This document shows, piece after piece, positions 42,271-55,308 of a DNA stretch of 64,000 bases; the stretch's first letter is position 1, and each line of letters begins with the position of its first letter. The DNA lies in contig OX597818.1 of assembly GCA_951406725.2 (NCBI GenBank), forward strand, positions 118,420,001 to 118,484,000, read 5' to 3'. The DNA is from Octopus vulgaris (taxonomy: Eukaryota). The position numbers and the translations under genes were made by a program. A model generated the notes under the pieces. The model did no database searches and was not told where the DNA came from. It saw nothing but the letters and a program-made list of their open reading frames with translations.

Positions 42271-42594
42271 ACAGTTCTATATTTAAGATATGAGGAATTA
42301 TGTACATTATTTATATTATTTACATTTGACGGATATTTGCCTTCATCTTGTTTGTTGTTAACACAACGTTTCGGCTGATATAACCTTCAGCCTTCATCAG
42401 GTGTCTTGGGGAAATTTCGAACCTGGGTTCTCATTCCTAAGGTATTTTTCGTTGATCTTCTTGTTCTTGTTCTTGTTCTTCTTCTTCTTCTTCTTCTTCT
42501 TCTTCTTCTTCTTCTTCTTCTTCTTCTTCTTCTTCTTCTTCTTCTTCTTCTTGTTTTTCTTCTTGTTTTTCTTCTTCTTGTTCCTTTTCTTCTT

Positions 42595-42656
<62 letters not shown>

Positions 42657-42657
42657 G

Positions 42658-42709
<52 letters not shown>

Positions 42710-42795
42710 TCGCGGCCTGGAATCGAACTCTGAATCTTGGAGTTAATAGCGCACACTACTAACCCCAATATTCTGAGTTCGATTCCAGGCCGCGA

Positions 42796-42800
<5 letters not shown>
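42271..42800 (-). mobile_element. tRNA-(AAT)n/(AAG)n-hammerhead element with head-to-head inverted partial copy
   Basis: Head 42706-42764, microsatellite spacer, intact HHR 42360-42405, tail to 42271. Plus-strand head copy at 42756-42800 followed by (AAT)n. Confidence 0.85.
42360..42405 (-). ncRNA. Minimal type I hammerhead ribozyme, intact canonical core
   Basis: GACAC-CTGATGA-A-GGCTGA aggttata TCAGCC-GAAA-CG-TT/GTGTT: 5-bp stem I, 6-bp stem II, palindromic AACGTT. Confidence 0.85.
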
Positions 42801-42847
<47 letters not shown>

Positions 42848-42855
42848 CATAATAA

Positions 42856-43411
42856 ATGCTCTGATGCAGTACCAAACAGTGGCTCTCATGGCTTCTGATC
42901 TTAACTGATTGGAGGTGTTATCATTTGCCCTCTTTTGTTTTTGTTGAAAAGATGGGCTACAACAAATATTCTGCTCAATACCACAGATTTGCTTGTCAGT
43001 TGTTTGACTTTAACCAGTTGAGCATGTCCCTTAATGGCTGACGATATATGCATCTCTGATCATGAGCAGAAGTAGTGGGGGAGCATCATAGCCGTGTGTT
43101 GAAAGGAATTCTTTGAAGTTTGGATAATTCACCTTTGGAAACATGGGTGGTTCGTTCAACATTCTTAAACAATTCTTATCCAGGGATCTTTTGAGTGAGA
43201 TGGGCTACTCGACCAGAAGAAAATTCTAACTGGACCCCATCTGCAAGGTCATGCGCTGTTTATCTTGATATGAGATCACCATGTGGCGCACATATGGTTG
43301 TGATGCACGACCTAGTGTACCCTTATCAGACGGGTAGTCATGATGGGTATACTGGACTTCGTATATTTGTACCCCAGTGTCACTTTGATGGAATGCACAT
43401 TTATCTAACTC
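42856..43411 (+). mobile_element. (AAT)n-associated repeat, copy 3
   Basis: Collinear with 15650-16185 and flanked by AAT repeats. Confidence 0.85.
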
Positions 43412-43948
43412 AATAATAATATTAATACTTATGGTGTAGGTATATATCTACCATAATTCTTACCAACCAACATGACATATTGCACATGGATAATAGAATA
43501 GAATTTATACACCATTAAAAAAGCTTTCTGTTCATAGCACAATATAGCGTGTAATATATTTGTAATAACGAGTTGACATACTGAAAAGACTTAGATACCG
43601 TCATTTAATTTGAACGGATGTTTTTTTTCAAGTTAAGTCATATCACATTCTAAAATCCATGGATGTTGCGAGTAAAAGGTTTCGACATGAAATTCATTAG
43701 AAATATCTGCGTATAGAAATATAAATAAATTTGCCTTCGGGGTAATGACAACAGGGATGTTGAAAATAGAGAATATTTGTGGAGTTAGTCAACTGCATAC
43801 AAATCTAATAAATTCACTGAACAGGTGACATGCATTGGCATGCTATGGAACATCTCACATAACGTTTCAATAATATCGATAAATATGTAATTTTGTGTTA
43901 GTACTATCCTAATGCATGAGATTATCTATCTGTCTATCTGTTTGTTTC

Positions 43949-44006
<58 letters not shown>

Positions 44007-44259
44007 AATATATCTGTTTATTTCTCTGTCTGTCTGTCTATCTATCTATCAGTTTATTTCTGTCTGATTGTCTATCTATCTATTTATCTGTCTATCTATC
44101 TATCTATCTATCTATCTGTGTATCTATCTATCTATCTGTCTGTCTGTGTGTCTGTCAATCTATTTATCTATCGATAAGTGTGTTTGCAAGTGTTTTACCC
44201 TGAATAAACCTGTATATTTCAAATACTAAAGATTAATAATAATAATAAAAATACTAAAG

Positions 44260-44353
<94 letters not shown>

Positions 44354-44700
44354 TATATATATATATTCGTAGAGATTTTTTCGTTGCAGAATTTTTGCAT
44401 TTGTGAAAATCACGGTGTAATGTGGATTGGGGTAATGGCAAATATATTTCCCCTGATATGCATGCTGTTTGTATTCTCTCTAAAATAGCATTCGCGTTAC
44501 GAATCTTCAATTATTAGCATTCCACAATGAGAACGACACGACTTCTATAATACACGTTGGTAAGTATAAATGCATCATATGTGTGCGTATGTATGAGTGC
44601 GTGTTTTTGTATCTTTGTGTGTGTGCGTTTGTGTGTGTGTTTGTATGTGTATGTCTGTGTGTATGTACATACAGGGACAGAGAGATGGAGAGAAAGAGAA

Positions 44701-44748
<48 letters not shown>

Positions 44749-45944
44749 TTTAGTCCCCTATGAAAATCTAATCGTGATATCCTGATATCATTTCACCTAA
44801 GGCAAATTTGTTTACATTTCTATACTGAGATATCTCTATCTGTGAGAGGAAGACTCAGTAATATTCCCCATTTTCCCGTGGCCTACGTAAAGCTCTATGC
44901 TATAAATATTTATAATACTTAAAATAGCTGAATTTAATATTCAATCAGGAAATTATATTCTGAAATACTTGTGGAAATTGCCTACATTCAAATATTAAAT
45001 TACGTACCTGGAAAAACTGTTCTTCAATCTCAAAATCTTTCTATCTCCCCTATTTCATAAAACAACTTGCTGGATATTGATAAAAATATGTAATATAAAT
45101 TTTGATTGAGTAACAGTAAAATTTTATAAGAATACTACATCAGGTTCGCCGGAACAGACAACATGCATGCCGAGCAAAATGAATAGTCGTATTTCCTCCG
45201 TATTTATATTCCGAGTTCAAATTGTGTCGAGGTTGACTTTGCCTTTAGGAGTCAATAAAATAAGCACTACTTGAGGCCTGAGGTCGATAGCAAGTAGAAA
45301 GAAAGATAGCTGATGGTCACGCGGAAGCACTCTATAGATCTTTTTACTCTTTGGTATTTCTCCCTTTTATCTCATTCTTTTACCTCCTCTTTTCCCACTA
45401 TTCTATCCTATTACTCTATCACCCTCTCTAACTCTCTCCTCCCACTTGCACACGCGGCTCCCACCTGACCATCCGCTATCTTTCTTTCTCTCCGTTGTAG
45501 CTGGAACAAGGAAGACGTGTTCTTGTTTATCTCATGTCCAACTTGAATTACGCGTTCACCACTACAACCTCATTTAGGTTAAGCAGCCCTTGCTGCCTGT
45601 TTTCCCTGTCCTTTTTGTGTTACCTATTTTGACACTCCGCAAAATCCCAAATTTTATTTAATTTGCTTTGCGGGAGCAACTGTTTTATCGAAAGCTTATC
45701 TTGTTGCTAAATGCTTCGTACCTGGTTATATGTGTATTGATAAATGTGGTCATTTGCACGTGTAGTCATTTATCTTGACATGTGCATCATTATATCTGCA
45801 GATATTTCCCACTCTAACGTCTCTACGTTCTCTAATACACACAGCAACAAACACATGCACGCACACGCATACATACGTATATGAATATATTTTATCTTTC
45901 ATATCTTACTGGTTTCAGGTAAAGACTAGGGTCATGCTGGAGCA

Positions 45945-46792
45945 CTACCTATCAGTATGGTTGGATTTCCTTTCTGTATTGTTTTTGGAGAAGTAGCGAG
46001 TTGGACAGAGATGCTCTCCTTTGTGCTCCCCGATGGAATGTGGATTTTTCTGATATTTGAGATAAACATTTGTCTATATGATCCTTTAAGACCCCCACTT
46101 CGACACTGGTTGTTTTGCTGAATGTTGAGTAATAGGGTCCTCTGAAACTCAAGCTGTTACAGTACTAGATCTTTACTCGAGATGACGAAGAGAGGAACTT
46201 TTGTATCATGCATTGCTATCCAGTTCGATGGTTGGTGTAGCTTTCAGTTCCAAAGTTAGGAAGTAGTACTTCCAGATATCCCATATGTATATCACTGCAT
46301 ATACGTCACGCGTTTTCTATAAGGAGTGGCGTTTTAATTCCTTTATCCCCCACCCCGAGACTTCATCTGCTTCACTGAGTCAATCTTCACTGTGTAGCGG
46401 AGCTAGATTGCTTCAAATTCCGCCACCAGTATGATGCTCTTAGGTGACCAGAGTTGGGATCTAATCCAGGCGACTGAGAACGAAAGTTCCCTATAAGAGC
46501 AGCATGATATATTTTTTCCTGATTCTGAATGACCTCAAAATCAATCAAGCTACTCTCGACACAACGTTGCCAACTTGGTAATTGGCACATGGGACGCTTA
46601 GCATTTTGCATGTCAGTTATTTTGCAGTTTCAATATGTCGACAGATTCCTAGATCGCCTCTGATATTGCCGTATCGTCAGCATAGCAGATGTGAGTGGAT
46701 GCCTTTATGATTGAGGGCATATCTGAGAGAGCCACCATAAACAGTAACCCTCCCGGTGCAGTTCCTTGAGGAAGTCCGCAGCCCATTGATAT

Positions 46793-46829
<37 letters not shown>

Positions 46830-47170
46830 CATACCATTTGATACAACTGCCTAACATCTGTCTTTCGAAATGTATCCAAGCACACTTCGTGTTTTCCAGT
46901 GATTCCAAGGTTACACAGCTTGTAATACATCCTCCCTTGACCAACATTGTTAAAGGCCTTGACAAAAGCGAGATAACCCAATTTCCAATTCGGGCGTTTG
47001 AGCGTCTGTTTCAGTATCGCGTCGTGATGCTGTAGTAGCTGTGTGAGGCAGCACCTGCTCGGGCGAAAACCATGTTGTGTGCTTGTGAGCAAGTCACTCT
47101 CTTCTAGGAAAGTGATAACTCTCCTCCTGACAAATGTTCCATGACCTTGCTAACATGTGAAGTCACAGAG
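45945..47170 (-). mobile_element. Degenerate CR1-clade LINE RT fragment (second family)
   Basis: QHGFRPSRCCLTQLL, YLAFVKAFNNV, GLPQGT, CYADDTAI, SFRGPYYS..KDHIDKCLSQISE. Confidence 0.85.
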
Positions 47171-47301
47171 AGAGTTTGGATGTAGTAAACGAGTTATTGG
47201 TGTAACATATTCACACATGTGCAACACAAATCCATTGTAACTTCTCTCTCTTCTCTCCCCGCAGAATACATCTAGTGGACGGAAACAGAACGAATCCCAT
47301 C

Positions 47302-47337
<36 letters not shown>

Positions 47338-47417
47338 AATATTAGGGAATAAATCCAAATTTACAAGGAAAAATCAGATTTAGGATTGAATCCAATTTTA
47401 TAGCAAAATATTATATA

Positions 47418-47599
47418 ATATTAATTAGAGACAAAACCACTATTTTGCAAATCAAACAAAGAAAGACTTAATCCAATACATAAAAAAATTTAATATAAAT
47501 TAAATAAAATTTTATTTTATTTAATTTATATTAAATTTTTTTATGTATTGTATTAAGTCTTTCTTTGTTTGATTTGCAAAATAGTGGTTTTGTCTCTAA

Positions 47600-47606
<7 letters not shown>
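47418..47606. repeat. Near-perfect AT-rich palindrome (about 92-bp arms) in a (TA)n-flanked pLTR-like end
   Basis: atattaattagagacaaaacc... / ...ggttttgtctctaattaatat, centre about 47512. Confidence 0.9.
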
Positions 47607-47663
<57 letters not shown>

Positions 47664-47745
47664 CGTGTGTGTGTGTTCTTTTATTGTTTTGGTGGAGCAA
47701 CACCTTGAGAATATATAATTAATATAGGCAGTATGTACCAAAATA

Positions 47746-47964
47746 TGTACAAAAAATCAGAAAATGGAGAAGACCACAGATTAACCAACACACTGACTGG
47801 ACCACATTTATAGATTATTTTTTAATACAGAGCATGAAGTAACAAATATATTTGTTTCATCACCTATTTGTTACGTCATGCTTTGTATTAAAAAGTAAGT
47901 TATAAATGTGGTCGAATCGATGTTTGTTAACCTGAGGTTTTCTCCATTTTCTGCTTATTTGTAC
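47746..47964. repeat. Diverged fold-back (about 100-bp arms)
   Basis: gtacaaa..cagaaaatggagaa..gcatgaagtaacaaata / tatttgttacgtcatgc..ttctccattttctg..tttgtac. Confidence 0.75.
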
Positions 47965-49321
47965 TTGCTTCCTGATAAACACTTATTTATCCTGTTGTTA
48001 CCTGTATTCTACGTGCATAGTGTGCCTGCACAGCAATGCCCGGATACCGATAGTACATACGGATATCTTATCCCCTAGTCGGTTATCATAACCACTAACT
48101 CTGTTTACACTATATAAATATATATATATATATATAATAAATGAAAGACAGACGATGGAATATACGAGAATGTAATATTAATCACAACAATTGCTTCGAC
48201 ACATCTAGCATCAACTTCTTTTGTAGGACACACAAAATCTGGTTCAGGAGTATCTGGTGGTGTAGACGTATTTCGTCGGGTGATAAAAAAAAACTCTTTA
48301 AAATGACAGTTCCATAATGCAACTTTTTGTTTTGTAGAGAGAAAAACAGCCAGACGGAGGAAAATTCTTCATATATATAGAAAATCCAAAGATAAAATTG
48401 CAGAAGATAAAAAGAGAAACGAACACTTAATCGAGCGAGAAAAGTATTGAAAATAACCGTTAACAGATATGGATGTATAAACGCCCTCGGGCAAGCTGCA
48501 TGGCAGGAGTACACGCGCTCATACAAGCATTAGCATTAGCAAAAATGTGAGCATATGCACATGAGAGAGTAGTCGAACACATGATTACAAAGCGAGTTAA
48601 ATATTTAGTAGGTGTTTAGAAGAACGGGTTTAAAGTGAATTTAAGTCATCCATACCTTCAAATAAAATAAAATAAAATTACACTGAATTAACGTTTATCA
48701 GAATTCATTCTCACTGCTTTGTGCGAAAGTACATTTATATGCGTGTAGGTATCACGATAGCCTTTCAGAAATTCTATTAAGCATCGTTCCGTTAGTCCAT
48801 AGAATAGAGAGGGATTCCTCGGAGCAGAGACGGCACCTCCTGGAAATTGCACTGTATGTTTTTGCATGTCTAACTATGGACTAAGTAATGTAGTATTTCG
48901 TGTTAGCCTCCATCAGTCGCCAAATAAATATATACCAATTCTGAAGTGCTGCTACACATGAAACATATGTAGCCTGGATTTTATCAACTCTGTTCCTTGA
49001 ATTTGGAATTTTTTTGGCGCATACATGGCAACTGAATTTCTTATGCATGAACAATAAAATATCTTTTTTTACCTTATCGAAATTCGATATGGAGAAGATT
49101 TACAACCTTTTACGTCAATAAAAAACTATCGATCCTGAAAAATTGTTCTTTTATACCTTTCATGGATTGCTCCGAGCTTAGTAAGTTTCTCGACCTCCAT
49201 CGTTGGATCTTACCTTTACATTGTGTATATATCCGAGTGGGTGTAAATATATATATATATATATATATATATACATGAGTGTACGTGTGTATGCACGTAT
49301 GTATGCACGCATGTATGCACG

Positions 49322-49362
<41 letters not shown>

Positions 49363-49364
<2 letters not shown>

Positions 49365-49469
49365 ACTAGCTTCGGTAGTACATATACTAATATTGAAGCG
49401 ATGCAGAGTAGATTAGCATGGCCCCTGTGCAAGGATGACACGCAAATTCGTGAAGTGTTCCATATTCTT
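49363..49469 (+). pseudogene. U6: Full-length U6 snRNA pseudogene
   Basis: gtactagcttcggtagtacatatactaa...gattagcatggcccctgtgcaaggatgacacgcaaattcgtgaagtgttccatatt. The ACAGAGA box is mutated to GCAGAGT, and the upstream sequence is microsatellite rather than PSE/TATA. Confidence 0.93.
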
Positions 49470-49471
49470 CT

Positions 49472-49637
49472 AGTCGCAGGAGTAGCTGTGTGGTAAGTAG
49501 CTTATTACCAACAACATAGTTCCGGTTTCAGTCCCATTAAACGGTACCTTGGTAAAGTGTCTTCTACTATAGCCTCGGGCCGACCAAATCTTTCTAAGTA
49601 GATTTGGTAAACGTAAAATGAAAGAAACCCGTCGTAG
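49472..49637 (+). mobile_element. SINE 5' half immediately downstream of U6
   Basis: agtcgcaggagtagctgtgtggtaagtagc..., the inverse of 49905-50062. Confidence 0.8.
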
Positions 49638-49656
49638 ATATATATATATATATATA

Positions 49657-50059
49657 TCTTTACTCTCTCTTTTACTTGTTTCAGTCATTTGACTGCGGCC
49701 ATGCTGGAGCACCGCGTTTAATCGAGCAACTCGACCCCGGGACTTATTCTTTGTAAGCCCAGTACTTATTCTATCGGTCTCTTTTTTTGCCGAACCGCTA
49801 AGTGACGGGGACGTAAACACACCAGCATCGGTTGTCAAGCAATGCTAGGGGAACAAACACAGACACACAAACAAACACATATATATATATACATATATAC
49901 GACAGGCTTCTTTCAGTTTCCGTCTACCAAATACACTCACAAGGCATTGGTCGGCCCGGGGCTATAGAAGAAGACACTTGCCCAAGATGCCACGCAGTGG
50001 ACTGAACCCGGAACCATGTGGTTAGTTAGCAAGCTACTTACCACACAGCCACTCCTGCG

Positions 50060-50062
<3 letters not shown>
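49657..50062 (-). mobile_element. Full-length tRNA/CORE-like SINE between (TA)n tracts
   Basis: Head aggcgcaggagtggctgtgtggtaag...gggttcagtcc, then cttgggcaagtgtctt, and tail ccagcatggccgcagtcaaatgactgaaacaagtaaaaga. Confidence 0.9.
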
Positions 50063-50104
<42 letters not shown>

Positions 50105-50144
50105 CAATCTTACTTAGAAAGGGATGCATGTGTTCTGTCATATA

Positions 50145-50677
50145 ATAAATTAATAAATAAATAAAACATATGCATATATACATACATATATGTACGTACC
50201 TACCTCTACATGTATATATACATGCATATATGGGTACAGGACACCCAAAAAAACGTCGAACACAATGAAAAACGAAAACATAAACACAAAACCAAGGACA
50301 TGGTAATTTTTTTAAAACAACGAAAAAATAGAGTACAGGACATACAAAACAAGGAAAATTCCCCCTTCTTCAGTCGCCTTAATTTCATCTACTCCACGTT
50401 TCGAAGGTCAAGGCGATGACCATTGAAACGTGGAGTAGATGAAATTAAGGCGACTGAAGAAGGGGAATTTTCCTTGTTTTGTATGTCCTGTACTCTATTT
50501 TTTCGTTGTTTTAAAAAAATGACCATGTCCTTGGTTTTGTGTTTATGTTTTCGTTTCTCATTGTTTTCGACATTTTTTGGGGTGTCCTGTACCATATATG
50601 CATGTATATATACATGTAGAGGTAGGTACGTACATATATGTATGTTTATATGCATATGTTTTATTTATTTATTAATT

Positions 50678-50680
<3 letters not shown>
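50145..50680. repeat. Near-perfect ~535-bp fold-back of a pLTR-like sequence
   Basis: Arms of about 260 bp with centre about 50412; a diverged single arm lies at about 39055-39300. Confidence 0.92.
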
Positions 50681-50708
<28 letters not shown>

Positions 50709-50729
50709 ATGATATCTGTATTTATATGC

Positions 50730-50885
50730 TTGACAACCGATGCTGGTGTGTTTAAGACCCGTGACAGCGGTTTGGCAAAATACACCGATAGAATAAAGTA
50801 CTAGGCTTACAAAGTCCTGGGTGTGATTTGCTCGACTAAAGGCGGTGCTACAGCATGGCCGCAGTCAAATCTGAAACAAATAAAA
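50730..50885 (+). mobile_element. SINE 3' half (49657-50062 family)
   Basis: cttgacaaccgatgctggtgtg...cagcatggccgcagtcaaat. Confidence 0.8.
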
Positions 50886-50923
50886 AAATTAAAGAACAAA
50901 AAGTATATATATATACATGCATA

Positions 50924-50954
<31 letters not shown>

Positions 50955-50984
50955 TGCACATATATACATATACACTGACACACA

Positions 50985-51053
<69 letters not shown>

Positions 51054-51815
51054 ATGTATAAATTTAATATGAGCAAAATTTGCAATATTTCGCCTTAAAA
51101 GGGAATTATGATTGTCACAAAATGTGACTGGGGTGTTAAAAACACCTACATTAGTAATGAGAATTAAAATGAGAATTAAATTGCTTTAATGCTGTAGTCA
51201 ATGCAAATAAATATAACTTTTTCGTCCGAAAAATGCCGATCGACAATTCTTAATACTGACGTCAATTCCGGCAATTTCCGTTGCCTCATCAGTTAAGGCT
51301 GGCTCAAACTTCGTCGCTTTCCAGATCCGACACTCTATTAGTGTATACGTTTTCGTCATTCAATTCAATGGATGATTTAGCGATTCGATAACGTGTATTC
51401 ATAAATTCATAAAATTAATATAAACAGCAGTTTATGAAATTTTTCACCAAATAAAGAGTATTATAATTGTCACTAAATGTAACTAGGGAGGTAGAATTAC
51501 ATAAACTGCTAGGAATAAGAGCTAAGATTCTCTAAAGCTGTAGTCAACGCTCATAAATATAAACAGAAACACTATACAAACGTAGAATACACACACATAC
51601 ACACTTAGAAATTGTAGCGTAAGGTTGCCGAACTTCAAAGATTTAAATGCGTATACAGTTTGCTTTTGAAAGTTATTAGTTGTTTCCTTGCAATGTGCTA
51701 AAAAATCTAAAATGGTTGCTACTAAATATCAAAATGTATGTTAACTCATATAACCACGCATACACGCATCCATCCATCCATCCATAAATACATACATACA
51801 CAAACTTACTTATGC

Positions 51816-51873
<58 letters not shown>

Positions 51874-51884
51874 GTGTGTGTATA

Positions 51885-52184
51885 TCGCCGCGATCATCGT
51901 GACCGACCAGGTTAAAGATGTTGCTACACATCGCTGGTCACAATGCGCTTCGCATTGTTTTAGCCTTCAAATGACGCCATCCCGCTGGCTAAGCGCACAG
52001 GCCAACAGAAGAAAGAGTGAGAAAAAGTTGTGGCGAAAGAATACAGCAGGGATCGCCACCACCCCCCTGCCGGAGACTCGTGGAACTTTTTAGGTGTTTT
52101 TGCTTAATAAACACTCACAACGCCCGGTCTGGTAATTGAAACCGCGAGTCCGCTGCCCTAACCATTGGGCCATTGCGCGTCCAC
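51885..52184 (-). mobile_element. tRNA SINE, same head as 27155-27530 but a different tail
   Basis: Head gtggacgcgcaatggcccaatggttagggcagcggactc; the sequence at 51885-52005 is unrelated to the 27155 tail. Confidence 0.8.
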
Positions 52185-52214
52185 ATATATGTATATATGT
52201 ATATACGTATATAC

Positions 52215-52310
<96 letters not shown>

Positions 52311-52317
52311 ATGTATG

Positions 52318-52386
<69 letters not shown>

Positions 52387-52453
52387 GGCTTTTACATGCC
52401 GAAATCTACTTGGTGTAATTGATAATTATTCCAAATTAATTAATTTCACCCTT

Positions 52454-52492
<39 letters not shown>

Positions 52493-53238
52493 TATATACA
52501 TGAGAACGTGCAATTATTTGTAATGGTGATGAATCTCTTTTATGTGTGTCCATTTGTGTAGGTAGTTTCATATGTAAAGATATCAAATACGTAACATATT
52601 CATGTAAAACGAGACTGCTATATTATTTTCCATATTCTGCGTAACTTTTGGCATATGGAGATATATCAGAGAAAAGTAATAAGGAGACGTAGTAACCACG
52701 TACGAAACAAAGATGAAAAGAGAAAAAACGAAATCTAACACAATGTTTGATAAGGAATACTTTTTCACTTCTATTTGTGAAACTGAACTTTTCCCATGTT
52801 TTTTTCTTCTTTTATGGGAACGCTCTAGATTCTAGGTCTCTTTAATTTTTTTCTCTTTAGAACATTTAGCTTTGTCTCACATAAGAATGGTTGATTTTTA
52901 AAACTGGTGGTATGTATATATAAACATCTATGTTATTACTACCTTGTGTTTCTCTTTATATAAGTGGACCTATACATCTGTATGTACATATGAAACGTTA
53001 GTGTGTATATACATCGCCTGTTTTCTATTTATCTTCAACATACGATGACATAAAACTTATGTTCAGGAAGTTTATCACGAGACAAAAATTCTTGGCTAAA
53101 ATAGCACCTGCTCTATTATATATTATCGGATGATTTGGCATGTCTCTCTCGTTTTATCTATAAGCAGATTTGTACGAATGTATGTATGTTTGTAAGCATT
53201 TGTGTACGTGTCTCACTAGTCTTTGGTAAATATATTAT

Positions 53239-53337
<99 letters not shown>

Positions 53338-53577
53338 TGTATATATATATATATATACACATATATATACACGTACATATATGTATTTATATATATGAAT
53401 ATATATATATATATATAAGTATTTATATATATGTATATATATATATATATACGTATCTATGTATGTTTGTATGTATGTATTATACGCAGACGGATAAGCA
53501 CTCATGGATATGTTACGTAACTATAAGTAGAAATGCGCTTAAGCACTTGTTTAGCGCCCTCATACACAAGCACCGTC

Positions 53578-53608
<31 letters not shown>

Positions 53609-53750
53609 TGTATGCATACATACACATACACACACATTATATATATACACCCTGAACTAAATATATGTCCATGTAACACGTTTATATACTTTTAATATGC
53701 ACAAACAAGCACACAATCTCGTATATTATGTGTGCGTATATACTTATCGG

Positions 53751-53871
<121 letters not shown>

Positions 53872-54522
53872 GTATATATATATATATATATCTGTGTATG
53901 TATGTATAGAGAGATAGATAAATGGATGAATGGATAGATAGATAGATAAATAGATAGAAAAATAAATACACTAATAAATAAATACATACATACACACATA
54001 CATACATACATGCATGCATATGCACCCGTATGCCCATATGGACGCATATACACATACGCACACTTCATACTTTGTTTTTGGGAGCGGGTCTTTGCATGTG
54101 TTTTACGTACGCCCAGCCGTATGGTTTTTGCGTGAGTATTTGTAGATCTTCCGTCTTCACAAACAATAAACATCCGGTGTGAACATGTTACAATATCCGT
54201 GTCAAAATGCGAAGTGGCATAGAGGAATCTTGCAAAAAAAAAGGGAGAATGTTCTACTCAAAATTCTGTTTCCTATGAAACGGCCGCTGCAACACCATCC
54301 CACTTAAAGCGCTAGCATCTTTAATACATTCAAGTATTCGTATTATTACACTCAAAATCTTCCAGTCTTGAAGGATGTATGTTCCGATGTGTTGGAGAAA
54401 TTGAAATATACCAGACTACCATCATGAAAATATACATTTCTATGTCATTTTTGAAGACCTTAAAATATAGTTAAGTGAAGAGATTACACACGCCAGCGCG
54501 CATACATGCGCACATATGCCTA

Positions 54523-54578
<56 letters not shown>

Positions 54579-54580
54579 AA

Positions 54581-54988
54581 GGCGGTGAACTGGCAGAATG
54601 GTTAGCACGCCGGGCGAAATGCTTAGCGGTATTTCATCTGCCGTTACGTCCTCAGTTCAAATTCCGCCGAGGTTGACTTTGCCTTTCATCCTTTCGAGGT
54701 AGATTAAATAAGTACCAGTTACGCACTGGAGTCGATATAATCGTCTTAATCCATCTCTCTGTCCTTGTATGTCTGCTCTGTGTTTAGCCCTTTGTGGGCA
54801 GTAAAGGTATTTCGTCTGCCGCTACGTTCTGTGTTCAAATTCCGCCGATGTCGACTTTGCCTTTCATCCTTACGGGGTCTATATATTAAATACCAGTTAC
54901 GCACTCCGGTCGATGTAATCGACTTAATCCTTTTGTCCTTGTTTGTCCCCACTATGTTTAGTCCCTTGAGGGCAATAAAGAAATAAGA
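54581..54988 (+). mobile_element. Nin/Deu-domain tRNA SINE with duplicated body
   Basis: ggcggtgaactggcagaatggttagcacgccgggcg..., Nin domain present twice. Confidence 0.9.
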
Positions 54989-55159
54989 TACACACACAAG
55001 CAGGCACTCAAGCACATACACACAAGCACACGCACACACAATCACACACACATACACAAGCACGCACAAACACACACACACACTCGCACATGGACAGACA
55101 CATTCACAGACAAGCACACGCATATACATACATACACACAAGCACAGTCCATTGCAGCG

Positions 55160-55308
55160 TTACCCATTTTTGCCAGCTGAGTGGACTGGAGCAACGTGAA
55201 ATGAAGTCTTTTGCTCAAGAAGACAACGCGTCGCCAGGTCCAGGAATCGAAACCACAATCTTACGATCATGATGCTGGCACCCTAACCACTAAGCTACGT
55301 GCTTCCAC
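55160..55308 (-). mobile_element. tRNA/CORE-like SINE 5' part (793-1115 family)
   Basis: Reverse complement of about 795-930. Confidence 0.8.

Noticed and set aside
48180-48250. Further HHR-like relics (also about 6285-6360 and 20305-20365)
   Set aside because: Core or GAAA is mutated and the stems do not close; too degenerate to call.
49363-49469. Functional U6 gene
   Set aside because: The ACAGAGA box is mutated, there is no upstream promoter and the terminator is broken.
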